From: Asterias rubens
Taxonomy: Eukaryota
Length of the DNA: 64,000 bases
NCBI RefSeq assembly: GCF_902459465.1
Contig: NC_047080.1
Coordinates: 744,001 to 808,000, forward strand
Direction: 5' to 3'
Below, piece by piece: positions 13,201-29,428 of the stretch. Under the pieces are notes generated by a model that saw only the letters and a program-made list of their open reading frames with translations, was not told where the DNA came from and searched no databases. Made by a program: the position numbers and the translations under genes. The stretch's first letter is position 1, and every line of letters begins with the position of its first letter.

Positions 13201-16200
13201 TACAGAGCAGGCATGGAATTTCATCTTCAATTCAAGAGGCCATTTTCATTGTGAAAAATCTTCCTTTGGAAAATCTAAAAAGTCTCTTTTGGACTAATTT
13301 AAAGGGGCATAAAGGTTAAAAAAGGGCAGCTTAGGCCATTGGCCCCTCTCTAAATCCAGGTCTGACAAAACCATCACTTATTATACACACAAGAGAGTTA
13401 ATGTAGTTAGTCTACACAGGCTCCACAAAAGAAGGTACATCTTTTTCTGTCTATTTTGATCCAAATCTGTTAATACTGCTTGAGTCACAGCCTGCAATAA
13501 TGCACTGTTCCCCCAAGACTGTCGGAAGATTCATTAATTACATTTCCTCTTGCGCCGTAGATGATGCAGAGCTTTTTGGTAACCCTAGCAACTTGAAACA
13601 GGTCTTCTGAATATAATAGATTGCCCACGTCACCACCCCCTTGTTGTCATGTTAGTACATGAAGCAGTCACGCAGGGATACCCCCAAACATGCCAAAGTC
13701 AAAATGTTAACCATGAACAAAAAGGCCTAAATCCAGTCTGCCTCATCCCGTGGGCCCCATTTTCTTTTAATTGCGATCCTTTTGTTATTTCTTTTACTTT
13801 TATAATTCTCTAGAATGAAAAGCACTTCCCAATCCCAAGGGAAGATGCCTTCTTGTTCCCTACCCCTCTCCCCATCTGCCTTGCTGGTTAATATTTCTCT
13901 GAATTGTTCTACGTCATGTGAATGTTTTTTCCCTTCAGTGAACAGTTACTTCTATAATTTGTTTTTACTGTGAGGTTTCTTGTTTCATTTAAAGTTTTTT
14001 TTACCCCAATAAACTATTAAAATTTCCACATTTTATCCCAGGTTTCAATTTTTGCATGCGTTTATTTATTAAAAAAAAACCTCTTCACAGGACTTTGAAA
14101 TACCCACTGGACCACTACAGGTATTTTCCTTCCTTCTCGGCCCAGCTGTCATCTGTTTTCCCGTCAAATTGTAAGATTTTGAATACATGTACAAACCTCC
14201 GCCAACCAAAGCTCGGAAAAGGCAAAAATGAAAAGTGAATCTGAATACATTTCTTGTTTTGTAAGAACATTTCTGGCCCAGTACTTTTGGCTACTGACCA
14301 TACCAACTTACATGCTAAAGAGCAATGGAGAGCTTTTGATATTATTTAAAATTGTCAGAAACAGCCCTGTTTGAAGTAATTTAGTTTTAGAGAAAGAGGG
14401 AATTTCTCAACCAACAATGAGAAACTTAGAAAGGCTTCAACCATGAAACCCTTTTTATGCATTCATGTATCTGAAAACACACAATGCTATGTTTATTCTG
14501 TCATGTCATAATTTTCTTGCAACTTTGATGACCAATTGAGCCCAATATTTAATGCATACATCTACATAAACACTTAGTGGGGATACTGATATCTTTTGGA
14601 TGCCATCTTGCAATTCAAGCCCCACTTGGTTTTATGTGTCACGCTGCTGAAACAATAAAGCATTGTTTTAACGGATGGAATTCTTGTTCTTGTTGATCGG
14701 ATCTTGAAGGAAGTCGACTGTATAAACATGGCTGTAGTCCTGGGAATTGTACTGACACAAAGTTTGTGAACCATGTTGATCTTGCAGTATTTTCTTCCTC
14801 CATGAGTGAGGTAACTGCAATAAACCTAATGAAGCATCAAGAGATAAAAGGAATGAACCAATGGAGCATGTAAAATGGGCTCTCAACACTCCAGTCCAAT
14901 CCTGTCTGAGTAGACTTCTTCATTATCCCTATAGTTAGCAGAAGTATAAGTTTGTACATAACACAAGCATACTATTAAATACGTGTTATTAAACAATCGA
15001 TAGATCATTTATGATTTAGTAAGTAAATCTTACAACGGCAAGCGGGAGCGTACAATCTCTGTAGTATCTGCTACAAGGTACACTACACGCACATAATATA
15101 AAAATAATTGTCTCGCTCTGCTACATTACATACGTATGTAATATACAATGTATTGTGTCTTGTAAGAAATTGTTCATCTTAACTATTGTTATTATTATCT
15201 GCATAACGTTGTGTGTGTAGAATACTTGTTTATGTATTGTTTTCTGGAGTAGCAAATCATGCAAATTTGCACCCTCTATTTTTCAATAAACACTATTCAA
15301 ACATAAACTTATTCAAAGATTCAAACAAACAGCTAAGCCTGTGAAAATTACTTCAAATTCTGCAGACAGTTTTTTTGATCATGATATAAAGTGACAATGC
15401 TTTGTCATGACTTTTTTGTGCATATTGACATATTGGATTACTTTTATGATGCTACGATAAGCTTTGCTGGGTACAATCATACAATGGAACATGTCAGACT
15501 CATTTCCAAGAAAGAGACACAGGTATTTGGAAAGATGATTTTGATCAAACATGTAAACTTAAACATCAGCTCTGCTCACCTCTCTAGGCACCTGATTTTT
15601 TGGTCCATTTCTGAGAAAACTGTAATATAATTTTGTATGCAAGTCCAAGGTTACGTGTACATCATGAAAGCAATAATGAGTTAGTATTGATCGGGAGCTA
15701 AGTAATAGGCCTACTGGCCTACTTCCATTTTTATCATCCATTTGTTCATTGTCCCAATTTGCATATGCGTATAACTTATAGCAATATTATATTTAACAGG
15801 AATACGTAATTTTGGGGGTTTACATTGTAAAATAGTACACCTCTGTAAACCCTTACTTTTGTAATGTAAGAATCAGGATTATTAAAATTGTAAAAATTAG
15901 CGAGTTTTAACTTTAAGTTTCATGATAAGAAACATGATGACATGATTTGTTTTCAAATAGAGGTCATGAACAATAGAACCCAGAAATACATGACAATTGT
16001 AGCTCCATCCAAATATTTTTCTTGAACATCACCATATAAATGTACATATAAGGAAAAGGACAGACAAAAATAAAATTGTGTGACTAATCCTATTGTATTA
16101 CGCATGGGAAATCCCTCAGATGGCCAAATAAATCCAACAATCCAAATTTAACAAGGTCGTCAGACAATAGAGAAAAAATGCACATGAAACAAAATTGGAC

Positions 16201-19200
16201 AACAGATTTATCAACTTTTCCTTGAAAGTACACAAATTGTTAGCAATCAGGCCGGCCTTGTGGCAGGGCCCACTTGCTGTACTATCCAATGAGTCATGGT
16301 AGTGTGGTGAGGTGACACCCATGGGTTTAACAGGCACTGAATGGCTGGTATGCACAAACCCATGGCATTCCAACCTACAGAAAAACCTCCCCCATTCGTA
16401 TGTTTTCTTTGGACAGTGCTTGCGTCCATTCCCTTTTGTTCATTTTGTTGACAATGATTATTGTTGGTGTATAACAATTGTGACTGTCCCTGAACTCTAA
16501 ACCAAAAGGGATGAGAGTGTGACGTAGATTGTTTGCATGCAGTGTAAATCACAAATAATTTATGCTATTTTCATTTATTTAGAGGTCTAAAAAAGGTAGC
16601 ACATTGTAACTCATTGTTTAAATTTAACACATCGTTATTATTTACCAAATAAGAAAATACCCCATGGGTGTCTTCTAAACAAAGACTTAACGAGCAAACA
16701 ATGCTAGTTGTTAAGGTTCTTATTGCCAATATTACACAAAACCAGACAATGATATTATGTAAGTGACGCTGTCTGTATGCACACCATGTTGTGTGATTTA
16801 ATAATGGTGACCGATACACTGCACTTTGAACTAGGGGAGGATTGCTAAAGGAAAGTAGACTTTGATCCATAGTTGTAACAATTATCCAGAGATTATGTAA
16901 ATAATGTTATCATTTTCTTATGGTCACCCTGGATAGGCACTATAGGGGAAGATTTTGAATCATTGATTTGAGAACAAAAAAAATCTTGTGGCAAGTACAC
17001 TCGGAAACCCCCCTTTGCGTACAGGAACAGAGTTCACTCAAAAATAGCTTTCACATTGTCTCTCTGAAGCAAAAGTATTAGTAATATTGGATGATCGATG
17101 AACCAACTCTAAAGAATGTCTGTATACAAAATAATAAAAAACTACCATTCATAAGATTATTTAGCTTCTATTGTCTAATCCTGATATGGTGGACACTTGT
17201 GTGCAGACTTGTTACATAACATCTCCCTTCTGAATTTAGAAAAGACACCCTAGGTTGTAGAACAAAATAAATCTTTTGTGATATTTTCTCGAGTTTTCAC
17301 TGGCCATAACCAGACCAAACTGTCGTTTACTTTTGAAAAAAGTGTGAATTTAAAGTATCCCTTTTCTAAAGAACTGGGAAAGAAACACCACTTCATGATT
17401 GTGCTCTCACTCAGAACGATAATAATGTGATTTTAAAACAATGTTTTGACAAAAAAGCTGTGGTCATGTCCAGAGTAGACATCTAAAGTTGGGATCAGCC
17501 CCACTGCAATTGGGATCAGACAAATCATAGTTGCTCCGGGCATATAAATTGAACCTGTAGTTGTATGGGGTACACCTACGTGTACACGTACTTCCATGGG
17601 CGGCGTGCAACAGAAACATCAGGAATAAACATTTGAAATTTAATCAATTTATCATTCTGTTGAATATCTATTTTTCACAGAAAATCAAAGCAGAAAATGT
17701 TTAAAAGTTTTGCCTTACCTTTTTGGAATCAGAACATCCCAGCTTGGATACTGACTTCAAGGCTGATGGTTTTCCAGCGGGTGTGTTGTACCCAACCCAT
17801 TCTTTACCTGGTGTCTTTTTTAGCTTTCTGGGTGCAAGTTTTTCCTCGACACGCCCATTCATCAATTTTGGCGTTTCCTTGACAGGTGATAAAGTCACAT
17901 CATCTATATTGGTCCGTGGAACTTCTTCAATGGTTTCCTTTACTGATCTTGTGTATGATATAAGTTTGATTGGGGGATCTTTTTCTTCCGTAGTCTCCTT
18001 AGTTTGGGATTTTGGCTGACGGAAGTTAGACGGGTAAGGAATTGTATCGACGTAGGTAGGCTCCTTCTGTGGTTGTCGAAAGTTTGATGGATACGGAATG
18101 ATATCATCTTTGGGCGTTGAGTCTGAGGGACTATGGTTTTCTTTTGTTTCTTTCTTTTGCCCAAAGGTATTTGTGGAAACGGCTCCCGAAGGTATGCTCT
18201 CCGTGTCCTTAGTCTCCCCATCTCTGGCAGATCTTAGGAGATTCTTTGAGGAGCTTGCTCTAGCTTCTTGTCTGGCTGCACGGACACGTGAGTTATGCTC
18301 ACTTAGTTGCTTATCCTGCGAGTTGTTGTCAGTGGAAAGACTGATGAGTGCACTGGCTGACATTTTTCCGGTGCCACGTTTTCTTCGCAGGGAAGACTGT
18401 CCGTCGCCGACAACAATCGCTGTCTTGGGTTGGTCTGCTTGCTCATCATGATTTGTTGTACTGGAACTGTTTGCGGTTTCAACAGGCTTATTGCTTACTG
18501 TCGACTCAGGTTTCTCAACGCTATGGCTTTCTTGAGTTGGTGAGATAGATACAGTTTTTGGTTCTGTTGGGGATGTCTTCCTACTCACGACAGGGACAGG
18601 GTCAGTGGTTGTTGGCGGCTTAGGTGCTTGCCGTTTGGGGGTGACTTTGACAACACTACTGGCCACTGCAACCACTTTAGAAAGTTGAGGAGGGTTCAGT
18701 GGTTTGATCTCGGACTGTTTACTAGTGTTGTCTTGCATTGAGTTAGATTGTTTTATAGTGGAAGTTGAATTTGAAACAGCGACTTTTGAGGGTGCTGGCG
18801 CAGCAGCGACTTTTGAAGGTGCTGGCGCTGGTACTGTAGTTGGCGATAGCCGGCTGGCTGAGGCTGATTTTCCAGTGAAGTGAACAGTTTGGGGTTGAGA
18901 GCTGAAGAGTTTTGTTCTGTCAAGAATCGGTGTAGGACTTCTAGGTGACCTTGGGGAATTATCATCTGAATCGCTGAGTTTATGAGAAACTCGATTCAAA
19001 TCGCCCACTGATGCTGGTCGGCCGAATTTGTTCCGTAAATCGCTGACACTGTTTTTCCTAGCCCTTGGTTCTGCTGGGACTTCTTCGGCCTCGGAAAATT
19101 TCAAGTCGATCCCGTTGGCTTTGGCTGCACGTCGCGGACTTGCAGATCGAGAGCGTTGCCTGATACTATTTTCTGGTTCCTTTTTAGTCATAGCAACAGA

Positions 19201-19833
19201 TTCCCTGGGTTGAGTTTTTGTGATAGTTGGCGGAACATCTTTGTGTACCGTTTGAAGCTCGGGTTGTTTTTGGACACTGTTGCTTCCTTTGGTTTTCTCA
19301 GTTATAACAGGTGATACCTTTCTTTTTCTCTTTCCACCGTCATGTCTTAAGAAAGGATTATCAAACACAGACACGACATGTTCCTCATCCACACCATCTC
19401 GTGCCGCAATCGTCTTCTCTTTAGCCCCATCATGCTCATCAACTCCAACATGGTTGGTCACATTTTTCTCAGTCGAAACAACATGATTGTGCTGTAAATT
19501 TCCTGCATTTTTTAGATTTTCATTTCTATACATTGTTGACGATGATGATGACCCAGCAGAACCACTTTTTATATTATTACTTTCTTTCCCAGAAGATTCA
19601 ACTTGTTCTGTATTATCATAACTTTGAGATTCACTCGGCAATTTACTCACAGTTTTTGTTCCACCCGAAATAATAATAACACTTTTGGGTACCATAGCCA
19701 TTCTTTTCCACGGGGGCAAGGCATCCAAACGCCGCTGCTCCTCATCTTGCAATTTCCGTCTTTCGTCCTCCTTCTTTTTGTCCAGTTTTTGCTGGAGGGC
19801 AACCTTCCACTGCGGTATCACCGCACTGCTCAT
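7300..19833 (-). CDS. Phostensin/taperin family PP1-targeting, actin-associated protein (single pro-ortholog of PPP1R18 and TPRN), 849 aa
   Basis: Coding exons 19833-17719 (phase 0), 8239-8017 (phase 1) and 7511-7300, all GT-AG, total 2550 nt. N-terminus IPQWKVALQQKL..LDALPPWKR matches the family motif IPxWKxxL..PxWKR. The spliced C-terminus KK|LRIAFNDSNLSEVFEYQSESSLL (RVxF motif plus the family YxSE motif), LQSFTPK and terminal ALLF match the phostensin/taperin C-domain. A possible 5' UTR intron lies at 20062-19853. Extra exons inside the 9.5-kb intron cannot be excluded. Confidence 0.85.
7690..7820 (+). mobile_element. Truncated left part of the TTAA-target (Kolobok/T2-type) MITE, subfamily B
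   Basis: AGGGAAGGTACACGTTTGGTAATTACTCAAAA.. is colinear with the copy at 62040-62406. Confidence 0.65.
8625..8880 (-). mobile_element. Dispersed repeat with a degenerate tRNA-like (Pol III) segment, probably a SINE
   Basis: Shares TTTGGGTT-AACAAA, TTGGCGGTCTC and GTCAGA-G blocks with 28090-28330. Minus-strand B box GGTTCAAATCC. Confidence 0.45.
8916..9276 (+). mobile_element. Non-autonomous DNA transposon (Kolobok/T2-type MITE), subfamily A
   Basis: Imperfect TIRs AGGCAGTGGACACTATTGGTAATT / AATTACCAATAGTGTCCAGTGTCT, TTAA on the right flank, about 360 bp. Homologous to 49990-50367 and 52699-53083. Confidence 0.8.
10480..10700 (-). mobile_element. 5'-truncated SINE with an L2/CR1-type 3' stem-loop and (TTA)n tail
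   Basis: Minus strand reads ..GGGGTATAAATGGGTACC..GTAAAGCGCATTGA..AATGCGCTATATAAGAACTTGTTATTATTATT. The body is shared with 34620-34947. Confidence 0.7.
11978..12495. repeat. Perfect 78-bp direct repeat (11978-12055 and 12418-12495)
   Basis: Base-for-base identical copies 440 bp apart in the phostensin/taperin intron. Confidence 0.9.
13208..13364. mobile_element. Old MITE family with CAGGCCTGGAA-type ends (hAT-like)
   Basis: Ends CAGGCATGGAA..TCCAGGTCTG. Related decayed copies share GGGCACCAAGGC/GTGCCCTT blocks at about 9445-9603, 22990-23105, 31370-31569, 33670-33819, 51353-51496, 53100-53158 and 56874-56960. No intact TSD seen. Confidence 0.5.
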
Positions 19834-20100
19834 CTTGTCTGGTCTTTGGGTCCTCGGAATGGATGAGAAAACAAGGTGTCAATGTATACTTTTCAGGGTA
19901 AAAGGAAGAATAGTTTCACACTATATATGACACACCACACTCAGACTCCGCCATTCAAAGTGTTTTCATATCATCACGATACGAAATCGCTACATAAAAA
20001 GTCGCCGGTAGTTGGCTGGTAACTCACTCACAATCTGAGCGGTTAACAGAGTACCAGCTTACCTGCACGACACGAACCCAAACCGAGCTTCACCTTTTAG

Positions 20101-20108
20101 TGACGTCA
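20101..20108. promoter_or_regulatory. Palindromic CRE/ATF site in the phostensin/taperin promoter
   Basis: TGACGTCA about 270 bp upstream of the ATG, next to a putative non-coding first exon (minus-strand donor CAG|GTAAGC at 20062). Confidence 0.45.
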
Positions 20109-21141
20109 TCATTACCTTGAATGACCTCACTCATCAATGCAATTTTTGTCATTTTCTTTTCACTGATTGATCGTTTTCAATAGAAAATTCATCGATTTTT
20201 ATGTGTCTAAAGCTTTTGCTATTCAGATCAATGCGTAGCATATAAGATCATCACATCACTGCTTTTGATTCATTATTATGATTACTAATTCAATCACATT
20301 GTCAACAATTTTAATGTGGGTGGAATGTTTTAGCCCACTTTCATTATTGTTGCTTATGAATAATTCAACTTAAACAGAAGGCGGTAGAATGGTGCAGTAT
20401 GCAAACAGAAATTTAAGTTTGATTATTACTGAGTTCAAGTTGATGAACAAAACAAAGGTGATAGATACCATGCGTGCAAGCAGGAAATATTCTATTTTAT
20501 AGTTCATAATGCTGAATTTTCCATTACCCTTTTTACAGCTAAGATGCAATGGAATGGTAATGGTTTATAAAATGGTGTGTGTAAAAGGATGGCTGGTGGT
20601 TTTAAGTTTGTCTGTTTTTGTTGTTGTTGAAATAGAATTAAAGGGAAGTTATACGTGTTAACCATTATTTTAATGAGATAATAGACAATGGGCGGGCATT
20701 TTATTTGAAATGGAAGTTAGTGCTTTTTTTTTTTTGGCATTTGTTTTCATACTAATTTTAGAAGAATTCTCTTAACATGATGTTTGTTTTCCCCCTGACG
20801 AAAAATATAATTTATAATTATTATAAAAGATGTGATGGGCAAACGTTTTTTGTAACTTTCGTCTCACCTTGAAAGTTTTGATTTTACTTCGAATTTAGTG
20901 TATTCGCGAGCAAGGATAGTTACCGGCCTTTTTGTTTCGCAGTATATCAATAATGTGTCCCAACTTTTTAACGTCCGAGTCTTGTTATTGTGATAACGGC
21001 CTCCTGATAGAGGGCGCCCGGTCAATATAACGAACTTTTTAGTTTGTGATGCGGTTTCTGTGTTGCAACAACGTTGACCGGCGCGGGCGCGGTGGCCAGA
21101 CACATTCTTTACCTCATACATATTCATACTATACTACCGAC

Positions 21142-21175
21142 GTCCATGACAACACCACCTGTTCGGCTTAGCAAC
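21142..21175. promoter_or_regulatory. Two RFX X-box-like motifs upstream of TEKTL1
   Basis: GTCCATGACAAC (21142-21153) and GTTCGGCTTAGCAAC (21161-21175), 160-195 bp upstream of the ATG of a ciliary gene. Confidence 0.5.
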
Positions 21176-21335
21176 ATGGACGCGCTGGTAATGTGTTTGT
21201 GTGTATAAACTATAGCGCGCTATACAACACATGCATGCAGCAGTACGTGGATGGGGGGCATGAAGAACCGACACAACTTCTGTAACAAATTAATCACAAA
21301 ATAGAACAATTTAAGTTAAACCAAAAAAATCCAAA

Positions 21336-26153
<4,818 letters not shown>

Positions 26154-26270
26154 AAAGTCAAACCATAACATCTATTATCGACACCTCTAAGAAACAACAA
26201 CAAAAAAGACATGAAAAAAAACTGCAACGAATAATACAAACATAAACCATTCGACCAATAAAGTCCAGTA

Positions 26271-26530
26271 TCGACATAGGGACCTCTGAAAACCCACAAA
26301 AAAGGGCAAGACAAAATTGAAATGAACATTATACAAACATAACAAAGTTGGATCTTTGGGAATTTTAAGGGTATTTTCACAGTAATGGGGACAAAATAGA
26401 TCGACATAGGGACCTCTTAAAACCAACATTAAAGGCATACAAAATTGCAATGATTGTTATACAATGTACAAACATAAAAAGTGTAAAAATCAAAGGTATT
26501 AGTTTTTTTCACAGCAATGGGGGTACAGTA
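26271..26530. repeat. Diverged 2 x 130-bp tandem duplication just 3' of the TEKTL1 stop codon
   Basis: TCGACATAGGGACCTCT at 26271 and 26401. TTTCACAG-AATGGGG is also repeated at the same spacing. Confidence 0.7.
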
Positions 26531-28089
26531 TTTTTTTTCATTTGGTCTTTCAAACCAAGACGAGAATGTCTTTATCAAAGACCATTCTGAATGAATGTAT
26601 GCATAAATGAGAAAGGGGAAAATCTCTTTTTATATGGTTTGTAATCGTTAATGGATACAGTGATTGAATTCATTATCTTCGGATGAAAGGCCAGATTAAG
26701 AAGTAGTACCAAACATTCATCATTTTAAGTTACCTGCGGGTGAAAAAGCCAGTGGAGGAAGTATTTTCATCGTAGTTAACCTTACAATTTTATGCTACTA
26801 ATTGTTTGTTTTGAGTCATGACTACAGTATTAATAAATACATAGGATCATAGTCCATGGACTTGTGCCCGTTAAACAAACGTGGTAAAGTTCAATTTTAT
26901 CCACAATTGCAAACAGGAACACAAAATCTTTGAGTTCTTCAAATTAGCATAATTTGCCCACTTAATATTTTTATCTTGTAGTAATAATTTAGAGTCCGTA
27001 TATCACAAAGATAGGAAAGAATTTCTTTGTATTAAGTTATGCAAAATACGACTACATGTATAAGACGATCTAATTATGCAAGAGTAATTTTTAATAACAC
27101 GTAATTGATTCACATAAATCTTTTTGGACACTATGCACAGTGGAGACATGGAATGTTTCCACCAAATAAACAATGTGTTAACATTGTGTTTTTGCCAAAT
27201 CTTTTAAAGTTTGATATATTCCGTCCATTTTTAGTTCAAGTATACTTTTTCCTTTCTGGCAGAAAGGAGAGCATGATTTTGAAGAATCAAGCATAAATAA
27301 TTCACAAATTTGAGTAGTTTTTATAAACATTTTTCTTAACCAACTGAAGTGTGCTTCTACCAATGATGCAGTAAAAAATATATCAACTGCAAAACTGAAT
27401 TGATTTTGAGAGCAAAATTCCGACAGGATATTTTTGCATTCAATCAAATGTGTAAATTTTAACTTTGAAACTTTTGTATATATTTTGCTTATTTTAAAAT
27501 TGTTTAACTGTGTAAATATGTAATGCAATTTTGTGAATGCTGTAATTTGTGGCCAGCTCTGGTCCTAAGACCCAATTTAACTAATGAGTACTCAATTGGC
27601 CCCAAAACTTAAATATTAAAAATAGAAAATAATATTTCTTTCAAAATCATGTTTTCATTAACGCTACAGGGTTGTTAACTTGTTAGTCAAGTATATCATA
27701 AAGTGTCAAAAACTGGTTAAGGTGAAATGGATCATGAACAAATGCAGTGGTTTTGTTTAATAACTTTATTCTTTTTATACAGTGCCTTCATTTTGAAATG
27801 AGTTTTGTGTTTGTTTTTTATTATGTCAGTGCATTTATAATGCATTCTGCATGTGTAAAGGAAACCTCTGTCTTTATTTTTGCATAATACTTTTTAACAT
27901 TTTAATCCCGCCTACTTTTTGTATGCACAAATAATTTCACAACGGTTTGTAGTTTGTGCAAACACACTTCACTCTCTGAGCATGAATTCAGAATAAATAT
28001 AGAAACAAACCAGAAGTGTTGACTGTCCTTTGTTTTGGTTTCAGTTTAGTGTTGTTGTAATATAGAGTAGTTTGAAGTAAATGTTGAAT

Positions 28090-28330
28090 TGAATAGATAA
28101 AATTTGGGTTGAACAAAGACACATGAATACAATAACAGGCCTTTAACCTAGGACCCCGGATTGACGTGCTGGTGCTCTACCAACTTAGCTATCTCGCCCT
28201 ACTTTGGCGGTCTCTCTATTTTGTCAATATCATTGTTCAGGGAGTGCCAGTCAGAGGCCATTGAACCTGTCATATAGCTAGGGATTGGGTGTGCAAAAGT
28301 TTACACACGATACAAATTTAGATTATGGCT
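28090..28330 (-). mobile_element. tRNA-derived SINE-like repeat (same family as 8625-8880)
   Basis: Minus strand GGGCGAGATAGCTAAGTTGGTAGAGCACC (A box) followed by a decayed B box. Confidence 0.5.
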
Positions 28331-29239
28331 TCATTATCTTATACATCCTTCATTAATAGCATTTAATATTAACTTATCTGAGAGTTCACAATGTACATTG
28401 TACAATATCATGTCCGTAGGTAATGCTTAAGATTATCAGATAAAAACAACTTTTTAAAGATCAGCTCCAAGGTTAAATTCAGTCTTGTGATGCACTCATT
28501 TTCAAATGGACAAAATCCTTATGAAGAAAAACCAACAAGTGTAAAATGATATATATTTTTTTTATACAGAGTGAATTTTGTTACCGTCCAAAATCATCAA
28601 AAGACACATTTTAATATATTAATGGTCCATACTGTTTCACGTGGGAATTACTTTAAATTCAATCCTGAATTTCTATGATCAATTCAATTCTATTCAATCA
28701 ATACAGCAGTAAATTTGACTTTTCGACTGGCACAAAAATTCCTCTTTTGAATTTACAGAAATTCCTCTTTGGAACCCATTTGTTATGATGTCCAACTGAC
28801 TTCGTGGTACAAATTTTGCTCTAAAAGACTTTCAAATAAAATGACAATTCACACCATTTTAAAATAAGACTTGTAATAGTTTCTCCCACGTACATAAGGA
28901 CTCTTAAAAATTAGGGCATCACAAAACTGAATGATATCGGAGCCCTCTTTAAATTATCTTGCAGTGATGTACTAGTTGGTAGCCATCCATAATACACTCA
29001 TCTTTCATAATAGAAAGGTTAAGCAGAGAAACATAAATAATGTCTGGACACCAATTCTTGAAGTGTCCCACTAAAATTACAACCATCATTATAGATACAG
29101 TAGGCAGTGGTACAGATTCAAAAGGCCACTAACCTCATCTAATTCTAAATGCCAACATAAATTCTGACGCCCCCCCCCCCCCCCTCCAAAAATCGAAAAA
29201 GAAGGTTTAATTTTATGTCATCAAAGGTCCCCCTTACTT

Positions 29240-29428
29240 CTGCAGCCGCTTTCACAAAACGCTAGGTGTACATGTAATCCTATCTCGAGTTGGGACGAGT
29301 AACTCGTTGTTACTTACTCGTCCTTACTTGGGTGTGGTTCAACGCGTCCTAACTAACATTTCTATGCATACTGAACTTAACTAATCATAAGTCATAAGTT
29401 AGAAAGAGTTTGGTGAAATCGAAGGCAG
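29240..29428. mobile_element. Decayed palindromic MITE related to 47247-47396
   Basis: Ends ..TTTCACAAAACGCT / AGAGTTTGGTGAAATCG.. and shared internal ATCTC-AGTT-GGAC-AGT-ACTCGT blocks. Confidence 0.5.

Noticed and set aside
14574-16870. Cluster of 60-100-aa ORFs in the phostensin/taperin intron as extra exons or a nested gene
   Set aside because: No recognisable domain and no convincing in-phase splice-site pairs; the direct exon 1 to exon 2 join already restores the family motif.
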